Below, piece by piece: positions 39,996 to 48,828 of a DNA stretch of 64,000 bases. The stretch covers positions 1-64,000 of IMG/VR virus record IMGVR_UViG_3300012952_003943; one strand, given 5' to 3'. The notes under the pieces were generated by a model that did no database searches, was not told the DNA's origin, and saw nothing but the letters and a program-made list of their open reading frames with translations. A program made the translations under genes and the position numbers. The stretch is from a virus. Taxonomy: Duplodnaviria; Caudoviricetes. Every line of letters starts with the position of its first letter. Positions within the stretch are counted from its first letter, which is position 1.

Positions 39996-41599
39996 TATGG
40001 ATCAACCCTAAATCTTACGTTCTTAGCCTGTTCAATATACTCTATTCCCTTATCGTCAACCAGCAACTCAACGGTATAGTTTTTTCCTATAGGAAGATCT
40101 TCCATGAACATTTCAAAGTACATTCCGTCCGAATCTGTTGACACTCGAGTTCCATTGTTGTCTTTTTGGAAAGGTATCACAATCTTTCCACCATCAAGCT
40201 GCTTAATCCTGTAATACACTTCTTCTAAGACGACACTCTTAAGTGAATACGGAAGTTTTGCCGCTTGCCTCTCTGCAGTCAGATCGTTAACGAATATTCT
40301 AAACTTTACCCTATCTGCTCTCTTATATGCTGTTCGTGAATTTGTAACAGTGAACATTAACCTTTGTTGTGTTACGTTAAACGCACTCCTAGATATCGTT
40401 TTGACCTCCAGGCTGCCAGTGTGAAATGTTACGGTACCGTCCAAAGACTGCCAGTAGGTATCAAACGTTATAGAACCGCTCTTTATTGCAAACGTGTTAA
40501 TAGAGTTTGTGACATATGGATCACTATATACTAGACCACCAGAACTAAAGGGAATGCAGAATGACGCAGAGTAAAGACCTTGAATGCCGTCCCCAACACC
40601 AGTGGTGATGCCCCCGACTCCTGACGTATTTGTACTAGCGGTATGTTGATTAACGATCGATGACGTTACAAACGAGCCGCTCCTGACTTCAAGTCTCATA
40701 CAATCTAGGCCTGTCAGCCTATCAAGAGAGCTACCGGAAAGTATGTCTGCCTGTTGCCCTCGATGATAATTTTGCAAGAATAATGAACCAGTAAGATCAA
40801 AATAAAAGTTTTGATGATGATCTAAAATAGAATCATCAAATGAAACCTCTATTCTCGGCCTTAAAAACGGGTTTGAATTATGTCTTGTACCAAACCTCTT
40901 TACAAAATATGACTTATGATCATATTCCTCAGAGCTTGTTAATGATAGTCGGAAGCCATGATTTGACAAATCACCAGACATTGTCGCAGAGACAATATTT
41001 GTAATATCCATCATCAAGTCTTCGCCACCGTTTAGGAAATTTTGTTGTTTAAACAGCGTTTGTTCGCCTGTGTCTAAATCAAGCGTACCTCTCTCTAATA
41101 TGTCGATGCCGGTATCACCCATAGAACCTGAGGCATTTGCACCGCTGTGAAACCACAAACTGGGTGAACCTGAAGAATATGATGCTGTTACAAAATTACA
41201 AGAATCTAAATCACTGAATGATACGACATCCCTGCCCAGGCCTTCATCAAATGATCTAGACATAGGGAACAGGACTAGGTTAAAGTTTGTAGGCGTTGCT
41301 TGTCCACCCATAACATCATACATTCTTAAGTAGCATCTAAAAGAAGGGTCAGAAATGTCTAATATAGAACTAGTCAGCTCTCTCAACCTATCATACTCAA
41401 ACTTTACAAAGCCTCGAGACAGCTCTTGAACAGAGCTAGATATTCTTGTTGATCCGCTTATAAACGTCGACTCTTGCCACAGCTTAAAAATATCAACCGT
41501 TGCTGCCTTACCAGTGTTTGCATCAGTTGCCTTAAAGTCATTATTAATGATCTTGTTTGTAATGTATGCGTCGCTAGATGCAGTCAATATTAAAAACAT
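39995..41599 (-). CDS. Putative baseplate structural protein (DNRLRE-like N-terminus)
   Basis: N-terminus ASSDAYI...SRGFVKF resembles DNRLRE-type beta-sandwich starts; directly downstream of the gp6-like gene. Confidence 0.55.
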   Translation of the reverse strand: MFLILTASSDAYITNKIINNDFKATDANTGKAATVDIFKLWQESTFISGSTRISSSVQELSRGFVKFEYDRLRELTSSILDISDPSFRCYLRMYDVMGGQATPTNFNLVLFPMSRSFDEGLGRDVVSFSDLDSCNFVTASYSSGSPSLWFHSGANASGSMGDTGIDILERGTLDLDTGEQTLFKQQNFLNGGEDLMMDITNIVSATMSGDLSNHGFRLSLTSSEEYDHKSYFVKRFGTRHNSNPFLRPRIEVSFDDSILDHHQNFYFDLTGSLFLQNYHRGQQADILSGSSLDRLTGLDCMRLEVRSGSFVTSSIVNQHTASTNTSGVGGITTGVGDGIQGLYSASFCIPFSSGGLVYSDPYVTNSINTFAIKSGSITFDTYWQSLDGTVTFHTGSLEVKTISRSAFNVTQQRLMFTVTNSRTAYKRADRVKFRIFVNDLTAERQAAKLPYSLKSVVLEEVYYRIKQLDGGKIVIPFQKDNNGTRVSTDSDGMYFEMFMEDLPIGKNYTVELLVDDKGIEYIEQAKNVRFRVDP

Positions 41600-41612
41600 A
41601 TCTTAAATCTCC

Positions 41613-43457
41613 TTACGATGCGCTACCAACAATGTCAAAATCAGAATATCTAAGCTCAAATATCCCGCCGTCCGGGGGAACTATCATCCCCTTCATCATG
41701 TTAGCCTCTACATTAAAACTAATGTCGCTATATGTTCTATCATCCACAGTCCCTCTAACGTTATTTATAGCAAGGTTCGTGAGGCCTAAGACGTCATCTG
41801 TATTGATTATGATGTTAACGATATCAGATATCATAATTGGCTGATCAACTTGAAAGTTTTCTACCGTCATAACTTTTTTCAATCTAGAAATACATTTTTG
41901 AACGACTGCGTTCTTATTTGCTTTTGGATCTGTTACGACTGCAAACTTTATAGAGAAGTTGATTACCTGTGCATCCAAAATATCAAACGCATCGGATATT
42001 AGCCTGAATTCATTTAGATATAGTCTAAGGTTTTTCTTTAAAGCATCCGGAGCAATAACAAGCTGCCTATTAGCATCCCTGCATATTACGAATAGTTGAG
42101 ATGCTAGCGGATTGTTTGGGTTTGATCTTATACCGGCCCTAAACACCCTTCCAAAATTGGGCGGCATTGTATAAATTCTAGAAAGCATATCCTGCTTTGT
42201 AACAACGCGACTTTGTAGCTGGCGTGTCGCAGGAATTTGTGCTTTCAAATCATTAAGGGTAGGAGCTGGGGAGCCACCGGATGCAGCAGATTTATTATTG
42301 ACGTCAACGGATGCTCTTACTTCGTCCGCAACTGCACTATCAACCCTAGATCTGAATATCATATTCAGTTTGTCTATTGTCCTAATTCCTCCGGCAGCGA
42401 CGTTGTGGGATATGCCCCCGCCAAAGCGATACGTGATACTAATCGTCGTATTTAGTGGTGCTATTCCTAATGTTTGTGTTTTTAATAGTGAATTAGGATC
42501 TATCGAGAATCGACTCATAGTCTTTTTCCCGTATAGCGGTAATGCTAGCTCGCTAGGATCAGGAATTATATCATCGTCCAAAGTTTCTGCATCACCGCCG
42601 CCAAACCGAAGGGTTGTTAGTCTTGTTTGGGCGCTGAACTTTTTTGTAAAGCGGTATGGTGCAGGAAACAGTTCCATGTTTTCTTGTACCAGCTCCGACT
42701 CCTCATTTGCAGTGGGTATCGCCCTAAAAACAACGTCTTGAGCTAAAGAGTCAACCTCGTAATACTCATTTCCTGAAGAGTCTCTGACAGATATTACGTC
42801 TGATACGTTCTCTTTTAATAATGTTATCTTTCTAAATGCCTTATGAAAATTAGGTATTTTAAAAGACTGAGTAATCTCTTCGCCTGAAATACAAACGCCT
42901 TGCTTTTCTAAGTAGTATGACGCAGGGCTACCGTCTGCATTTGTGGTAGCAATTTTAACTTTGGCAACTAGCGTTCCCGCCTGTGTTAGTTCTGCAAAGT
43001 CAATATCCTCAACAAGGTTAAACTTTATTCCGCCCTTTGCGGCGAAAACGCTTCCTGCAAGAATAACAGGTAGTGAAGCATATGATGGTCGATAGTCTAG
43101 TCCTGATAGCTCTGAAGGTACTTCGAGGTATACGGATATGTTGGCTACGGCTGGAGCAGCGCCGGTTATCTTTACCCCTGCGCTGCGAAGGTGCCTCATG
43201 ATATTTTGAGACTCAACCGCAGTACCGGGATTTAGCTCATTAAACTGGTGGTCCAGATAAAATGACATCGTATCTCCGACCATTGCCGCCATATCCAACA
43301 GCAGGCCTCCAAACGATGCTTCTGAGAAGTCTTGGATCTTGTCAGGAAAATAAGTCCTGGCATAACCTAATAGATCAGATCTAAATGAATCAAAATCTCT
43401 TGCAAGGTAAGACCTTCTTCTTTCTTTCTTAAGCTTTTTCTTTATATTAATAGACAA
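41613..43457 (-). CDS. Baseplate wedge subunit (T4 gp6 / baseplate J-like)
   Basis: Motifs YLARDFDSFRSDLL...FPDKIQDFSEAS.GGLLLDMAAMVGDTMSFYLD, LRFGGG, ITYRFGGG and RVVTKQDM; follows the gp25-like gene. Confidence 0.9.
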   Translation of the reverse strand: MSINIKKKLKKERRRSYLARDFDSFRSDLLGYARTYFPDKIQDFSEASFGGLLLDMAAMVGDTMSFYLDHQFNELNPGTAVESQNIMRHLRSAGVKITGAAPAVANISVYLEVPSELSGLDYRPSYASLPVILAGSVFAAKGGIKFNLVEDIDFAELTQAGTLVAKVKIATTNADGSPASYYLEKQGVCISGEEITQSFKIPNFHKAFRKITLLKENVSDVISVRDSSGNEYYEVDSLAQDVVFRAIPTANEESELVQENMELFPAPYRFTKKFSAQTRLTTLRFGGGDAETLDDDIIPDPSELALPLYGKKTMSRFSIDPNSLLKTQTLGIAPLNTTISITYRFGGGISHNVAAGGIRTIDKLNMIFRSRVDSAVADEVRASVDVNNKSAASGGSPAPTLNDLKAQIPATRQLQSRVVTKQDMLSRIYTMPPNFGRVFRAGIRSNPNNPLASQLFVICRDANRQLVIAPDALKKNLRLYLNEFRLISDAFDILDAQVINFSIKFAVVTDPKANKNAVVQKCISRLKKVMTVENFQVDQPIMISDIVNIIINTDDVLGLTNLAINNVRGTVDDRTYSDISFNVEANMMKGMIVPPDGGIFELRYSDFDIVGSAS

Positions 43458-43461
43458 AATC

Positions 43462-43953
43462 TTACCCCGCTACATACAGCACAACCTGTAAGCCCCTGTT
43501 TTTTACCTGCAACTTTGGTACGTTGTACATAATGTTGATCAGCACCTTTGCGACGTGCTCGTTGTTATTGTGTTCGGCCTTTGTTTCGAACGTAGATAGC
43601 TCAACAAAAGGCATATACTTTCCGACAGTGCGCCCTATTCTGCGGATTGCCTCTGTATCAGCACCCTCTGCTCCTAACTCAAAAGCTAGCTCTGCTAAAT
43701 TACCCCCAAAGTCATATAGGCCGACTCTTTCTCCGTGATTTGTCAGCACAATATTTTTTAAGTTATCATGAACTTGATCTGCTAAAGATTTGTGCATCCT
43801 TAACAAACCTGAATTGTCTGCTCCAAGCTGCAGTGGCGTCTTAATGCCTATAGGTTTTTCATTTTCACCTGGGCGAGACTTATTGAAGGACTCAATACCT
43901 ACGCCCACGCTCTTAAAGCTATAAACTCGCCTGTTGCCTGAATCTACTGCCAT
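43462..43953 (-). CDS. Baseplate wedge subunit gp25-like (GPW/gp25 family)
   Basis: DQVHDNLKNIVLTNHGERV...DFGGNL..LAFE...KYMPFV pattern, immediately upstream of the gp6-like gene. Confidence 0.88.
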   Translation of the reverse strand: MAVDSGNRRVYSFKSVGVGIESFNKSRPGENEKPIGIKTPLQLGADNSGLLRMHKSLADQVHDNLKNIVLTNHGERVGLYDFGGNLAELAFELGAEGADTEAIRRIGRTVGKYMPFVELSTFETKAEHNNNEHVAKVLINIMYNVPKLQVKNRGLQVVLYVAG

Positions 43954-43980
43954 GTCTTACTCCAAAAGAATACATTGCTA

Positions 43981-43994
43981 CCAATGGTAAATAT
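43981..43994 (-). promoter_or_regulatory. Candidate late promoter ATATTTACCATTGG
   Basis: Exact 14-nt duplicate of 15819..15832; upstream of the gp25/gp6 operon. Confidence 0.6.
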
Positions 43995-44022
43995 TTAGAA
44001 GCCAAACTTCTAGGCAGACAAT

Positions 44023-44436
44023 TCATTCAGCCTTCTTATTGCCGAACTTATCTATTTCACCTTGTGTCGGATCTTCCGTGAACTCGTCATCAATCACGAA
44101 TTCGGTTGACTTTGTCTCAGGGTTCTCTACCGCACCGGAACCCTCACCTGCCTGTGCGGCTGCGGAGCCCTTTGTTTCCACCAGCGTAGCAACTGTTGGA
44201 TCTACTATTTCGCCTGTCATTTCAAGGTGCTCTTCAATAAATGACTTTACAAACTTATAGACTGCTAATGCCGTAAAGTGTGCATATGAATCCATCGCTA
44301 GGTCAGTGTCATCCGGATCAACGGCAGCGGCGCCTTTTGCAACATCCATGGCATCAAGCAACCCCTGCTTGAGATCATGCGTTAGTTCACCTAAACCGGC
44401 CGGCCCATCAAATGAATTATCATCGTAAGTTGCCAT
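44023..44436 (-). CDS. Acidic hypothetical protein following the hub/spike gene
   Basis: 137-aa ORF between the gp5-like and gp25-like genes. Confidence 0.6.
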   Translation of the reverse strand: MATYDDNSFDGPAGLGELTHDLKQGLLDAMDVAKGAAAVDPDDTDLAMDSYAHFTALAVYKFVKSFIEEHLEMTGEIVDPTVATLVETKGSAAAQAGEGSGAVENPETKSTEFVIDDEFTEDPTQGEIDKFGNKKAE

Positions 44437-44439
44437 AAA

Positions 44440-46221
44440 TTATTCTCCAAATATATTGTCAGACTTCACAGAAGGAATCATTGCCCTTGCTGCCTCTGCC
44501 GTTGAATCGCCTGTTATCCCATTCATCATGCCTTCAATGCCACCCATAAGCACTGACATTCCTATAGAGTTTTGTGCTGGAATACTAATAAATCCCCAGC
44601 CTGCAGCTCCTGCAGATGCCGGGCCTTGCTTTTGAAGTGCATCTCCATTTGCCTGAACGCCTGCTGCGTTGGCAACAATTGCATCACAGATCGTCTCCAT
44701 AAGCGCCTCAAATTCAGGGTACCTGATATATGGGCAGCTACTGTTTTCATTTCCAGTCGCGTCGGACCCACATGCTGTCGGGCCTAAAGAAATTGTCTTT
44801 GCGTTGACCTTTAGATCATCCTCCTCGGTATGAACAGACAGACTAGCCTTCGCTCCAGTCCTGCCTAGCCTTATCCTTTCTGCATCAATTTGGACCGTAC
44901 CGTCTGGAAGTATCAGGATTGTTGCTAAATCTTCACCGAGAGTACCCTCTTTCACTATTCGGATTGAGCCGTTAATTTCTTTATCTTCATTTTTTCTAGC
45001 TAAGACCCGTATTTCGTCAGACTTTACGACGATGTAGGGAGACTCGTCTACATCTGCTAAGTCTTCGCCCATTGACTCAATTTCTAGATTTTCCTCTAGA
45101 GATACAGAGAAATTTTTGTCAGCGTCGGTATTCATCGATATGTAAATTCTACCAGAGTCATTTACAAAATCAGGGTCTCCCTCAACTGGATTTGCCAGCC
45201 TATTTGCCTCCGGAGGAGTAGCTTCAGCCTGGGTTACGATCGGGTTCTTGTCTGTCTCGTCATTTTCTCGTGCATTAACAGCAAATCTAGGAGCAGTCAA
45301 TTCAGGTTCTTCACCGTCGGCTTCCGGCAAAAATCTACCTCTACCTACAACAATATCAATCGTGCCGGCATATACTCTTCCTGCCTCCTCCTCTGTCTTA
45401 ACTGCATTGCTTGTATCTGCACCCTCAGCTGTCTCTTCTGACGTCCAGCCTCTATCTTCTCCCAAGCATATTAGCGTGTTGTTTGATCCTTGTATTACCA
45501 GATCTGCGGAGCGCTTGGTAAATCTAGGAACAACCTCTGGTGTGAATGAGCCATATGATATCGATTCTTCTACGATCGTCTCGTAAGCTTCTTCTTCAGA
45601 TAATGAGAATGAATCAGGGTTTCCGGCACCATTAATAAATGAAGGCGTAGGATCAACTTCTTCTTCTCCAGCCTCTTCTTCACTCTCTGCCGCCGGGGCT
45701 TCTTCTTCTTCCTCACCTTCAGCAGCCTCAGCCTTTTCCCCTGTCGATAACTGGCTAGCGGTATCAAACTTCCTATCACCATGTGTATAGTTTAGATCGT
45801 CTATAAAATCAGGCTCAGGTATTCTACACATCCAATACCCAACGCCCCCTGGGGTGTCTGGGTTTTCTGTAATGAGCCACACTTGCTCTCCAGCCTTAAC
45901 TGGAAAGCATAGGTGAGGAGGGAAAAAGGGATAACAGAGCGTCATTTTTTCGTCGCGCTTATCCTGTCCTGCAGTTACGATTCTCGCAAAAATAGAGTTT
46001 CGTGGACAACTGTCTAAGAAATCCGGATTGTTTAACTGCTCCTTAAATAGCTCCCAATCTTCGGGAGGGTAAAAGCTTATGTCATTAATAACGTCAACAA
46101 CTACAGCACGCTGCAGAATATTTGTACTCTGCTGATCCTGTACTGACTTGAGCTCACCACCAATGTCGGCCTTGCCGGTCGACATTTTTGATACTGCATC
46201 TACTCCTGCACCTTCAGCCAC
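44440..46221 (-). CDS. Baseplate hub/spike protein (gp5/gpV-like OB-fold N-terminus)
   Basis: CYPFFPPHLCFPVKAGEQVWLI...GYWMCRI OB-fold-like motif, DLVIQGSNNTLICLG and beta-helix-like repeats; located just upstream of gp25 (one gene between). Confidence 0.65.
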   Translation of the reverse strand: MAEGAGVDAVSKMSTGKADIGGELKSVQDQQSTNILQRAVVVDVINDISFYPPEDWELFKEQLNNPDFLDSCPRNSIFARIVTAGQDKRDEKMTLCYPFFPPHLCFPVKAGEQVWLITENPDTPGGVGYWMCRIPEPDFIDDLNYTHGDRKFDTASQLSTGEKAEAAEGEEEEEAPAAESEEEAGEEEVDPTPSFINGAGNPDSFSLSEEEAYETIVEESISYGSFTPEVVPRFTKRSADLVIQGSNNTLICLGEDRGWTSEETAEGADTSNAVKTEEEAGRVYAGTIDIVVGRGRFLPEADGEEPELTAPRFAVNARENDETDKNPIVTQAEATPPEANRLANPVEGDPDFVNDSGRIYISMNTDADKNFSVSLEENLEIESMGEDLADVDESPYIVVKSDEIRVLARKNEDKEINGSIRIVKEGTLGEDLATILILPDGTVQIDAERIRLGRTGAKASLSVHTEEDDLKVNAKTISLGPTACGSDATGNENSSCPYIRYPEFEALMETICDAIVANAAGVQANGDALQKQGPASAGAAGWGFISIPAQNSIGMSVLMGGIEGMMNGITGDSTAEAARAMIPSVKSDNIFGE

Positions 46222-46589
46222 TATGACCCTCCATCAATTTGAGAGAACAGATCATCAGGATCAATTCTTGCAGCTTTTTCTGCTTCCCTAGATATTAACT
46301 CTGCTAACTTTAGTATTTGATCGTTAGACTTATTCATTCTCTCTAAATACTTTGACATGGTGGATCCCAAGCTAATATGCTCAGAAGTACCAGACTGCAT
46401 TTGCGTGTATGCATCGGTAAATAGCATGCTAGCATTTTCTCGATCTGTCACCGCATTTTCATAAATTTCTTTCCACAACATTTTCTTCTTGTCTTCTGCA
46501 GACTCGATTGTTGACAAAAGATCGGCAAACTGCTCTACTTTTTTTTCTGCAGCTTTTCTACGATCCATTAGCTTATCTAACGATGACAT
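46221..46589 (-). CDS. Helical hypothetical protein, possible terminase small subunit
   Basis: 122 aa, all-alpha pattern (YLERMNKSNDQILKLAELI) reminiscent of T4 gp16-like proteins; weak similarity. Confidence 0.35.
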   Translation of the reverse strand: MSSLDKLMDRRKAAEKKVEQFADLLSTIESAEDKKKMLWKEIYENAVTDRENASMLFTDAYTQMQSGTSEHISLGSTMSKYLERMNKSNDQILKLAELISREAEKAARIDPDDLFSQIDGGS

Positions 46590-46601
46590 ACCATTACCCC
46601 T

Positions 46602-47339
46602 TTAAAAAATATCGTACTCTCCGCCTGTGTGAACTAGTTCCCTATAGTGTTTTCTAATTATTGACATTGCAACTGAGAGCTGCTTAGGCGTAAGCCCTGA
46701 TATATCTCTAACATATACAAACACAGCGCGCTTATTTAGAAAGTCTAAATCATCGATTGACTCGAACACAGTGATGACAGCATTGATGCATTTTATCTCG
46801 TTATCACCATGAACTCGCCGCTGTATCTCTTTCAATAAAACCATAATGTCATTACGGAATGTGGCTGATATCATGATATCGTCAGGTGCCGGCATTACGT
46901 CAAAGTGTTCTAACGATACCTTGTCACGTCGAGACATCATCTCCGGGGCATCGATACTAACATGCCTTCGATTTCTTTTCTGGTTTCTTCTAGAGTTTAT
47001 TATCAGCCAGTTCTTTGCAACAACATTAAAATACGAGAATGCCTTTGTGCCTCTATCTTCATTCCACTTGTGGATTGTCTCATATAGAAAAGAGACGCAG
47101 TCACTGCGCAGGTCCTCATATTTCTCACCAGGCTTTGCAAAGCCATAAATAAAAATCAAGTTTTCAGCTAGCTTGGTAAATGCCGGCATGATTTTATCTA
47201 CGTACAGCTTTTCTTTTTCGCCCTGTGATTCTGATGCCTGGTATTCTACAATCGCCGCCTGTGTATCTTTGTTAAAATACATGTTTGACGGCCCGCTACC
47301 ACGCTTACGACGAATTCTTCTTTTAACTTTCTTTGCCAA
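46602..47339 (-). CDS. Phage late-transcription sigma factor (T4 gp55-like)
   Basis: Sigma region-2-like segment EDLRSDCVSFLYETIHKWNEDRGTKAFSYFNVVAKNWLI parallels the gp55 NPFAYFT motif; no clear sigma70 region 4 seen. Confidence 0.75.
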   Translation of the reverse strand: MAKKVKRRIRRKRGSGPSNMYFNKDTQAAIVEYQASESQGEKEKLYVDKIMPAFTKLAENLIFIYGFAKPGEKYEDLRSDCVSFLYETIHKWNEDRGTKAFSYFNVVAKNWLIINSRRNQKRNRRHVSIDAPEMMSRRDKVSLEHFDVMPAPDDIMISATFRNDIMVLLKEIQRRVHGDNEIKCINAVITVFESIDDLDFLNKRAVFVYVRDISGLTPKQLSVAMSIIRKHYRELVHTGGEYDIF

Positions 47340-47652
47340 CTACGTCTCCTGCATTGGGATCATCAATAGTAAATTCTGCCTCGTCAATTGTTGTAAGTGA
47401 TCTAGCAATATCTAAAATAGACTCCCTAGTATCCTTTACATCATCCAACACAGAACGTATTTCAGCACTATCATAAAATAAAGGAATTTCTAAAACCTTG
47501 GATATACTAGCGTATCGCTCATCCAAAATATCTAAAGAATCCTCAATTGAGTCCTGAACTTTCAGCACTATCTTTCCCATTTTGATGTTCAAATATATAG
47601 ATATTGCCAACAAAACTACCAGGGCTGCAATTATGGTCCAAAAAATCCACAT
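47323..47652 (-). CDS. Small protein with N-terminal transmembrane helix and coiled coil
   Basis: MWIFWTIIAALVVLLAISIYLNI hydrophobic helix followed by a heptad-like acidic tail. Confidence 0.65.
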   Translation of the reverse strand: MWIFWTIIAALVVLLAISIYLNIKMGKIVLKVQDSIEDSLDILDERYASISKVLEIPLFYDSAEIRSVLDDVKDTRESILDIARSLTTIDEAEFTIDDPNAGDVVGKES

Positions 47653-47657
47653 CTACG

Positions 47658-48821
47658 TTAACCCTCGAAATATTTACCCAGCTTTTTTTCATACAATACG
47701 TTGATTGCATCCTGTGAATACTCTGCTGTTAGTGTTTTGCTTAAATCTTTTGCCCACTTTTGAGGGAGCTCTGGAGACTTTCGGAACTTTCTTAACCTAA
47801 ACTTCGCATGATTTTCATCAACTGCTGCCCACCTAGCACCCTTCATAAAAATTTGTCCATCTATACGGGACTCATGAACGTTCTCCATCCTATACTTTAC
47901 ACCTAAAAATCTACCTCTATTTAAGAAATCTAGGTGGCCTGACCACTCTGTAGCTATGACAGGCACACCGGCGACTGCAGCCTCCAGCAAGGGTAAACCA
48001 TATCCCTCGCCACGTGTAAACGACAGTAACGCTTTAATTTGTGGGTGAGAATACAGAGATGATATCTCAGCCTCTGTCATTGTACCGTGCAAAAAATGAA
48101 CCTTTGGATAGGGACCTGATCGCGTCTCTGATATTAGTTGCTTAAGCATTTTTTGAGTTACGTTGTGATCTATTGTAGTATTTCTACCTGAATTTGTCTT
48201 TAATACTATTCCGACATCCGGATCATCTTTAAACTCTTCACAGAGCCACTTGATGGTGTAGTACAGGTTTTTTCTATCATTTTCAGGATTATTTCCTGTG
48301 ATTTGACCAAAGACGAGAAAGTTAAATGGCGTTGAAAACTCTACATCAAAATCTTCTTTTTTAGGAGAAACGATGGAGTCATAGTATGACTCAGGAATAA
48401 CATGGATGCGGGTTTTTGTTTGTCCAGTATTCTCTATAGTCCTCTTGACAAATGTAGATGGAACGACAACTTCATCCATCTTATCACAACACTCTAGCCA
48501 CGCAGGATTACAAATGTCTGTCTCTACAAATGCCGAAATCCCAATATTCTTTTTGCCTACCGAAGGATCCCACTCGTTAGGTAATTGAACCTGTATCGAT
48601 ATGTCGCCACGTGCCTCCAGCGGACCTGATCGTTGCATGATTTCGCCTATCAGGCCGCCCTCCATTTCTGGATTAATCATCCAGCTTGTGATTCCCCACG
48701 GGACGATTTGTGTAATAACCTCTATATCATTATGGGTCATTAGCCACTTGAATACTTGGCGAGAATGGTTTCCGTAACCTGAATACGACAGCAGTGGGGC
48801 TCTTAGTATGACTTTTTTCAT
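47658..48821 (-). CDS. Glycosyltransferase, GT-B fold (GT4-like)
   Basis: N-terminal SGYG loop, RKN motif and signature TRGEGYGLPLLEAAVAGVPVIATEWSG. Confidence 0.9.
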   Translation of the reverse strand: MKKVILRAPLLSYSGYGNHSRQVFKWLMTHNDIEVITQIVPWGITSWMINPEMEGGLIGEIMQRSGPLEARGDISIQVQLPNEWDPSVGKKNIGISAFVETDICNPAWLECCDKMDEVVVPSTFVKRTIENTGQTKTRIHVIPESYYDSIVSPKKEDFDVEFSTPFNFLVFGQITGNNPENDRKNLYYTIKWLCEEFKDDPDVGIVLKTNSGRNTTIDHNVTQKMLKQLISETRSGPYPKVHFLHGTMTEAEISSLYSHPQIKALLSFTRGEGYGLPLLEAAVAGVPVIATEWSGHLDFLNRGRFLGVKYRMENVHESRIDGQIFMKGARWAAVDENHAKFRLRKFRKSPELPQKWAKDLSKTLTAEYSQDAINVLYEKKLGKYFEG

Positions 48822-48828
48822 TTTATTC

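Noticed and set aside
43996-44012. TAGAAG-ccaaa-CTTCTA hairpin upstream of the gp25-like promoter
   Set aside because: Only a 6-bp AU-rich stem without a proper U-tract; not enough to call a terminator.
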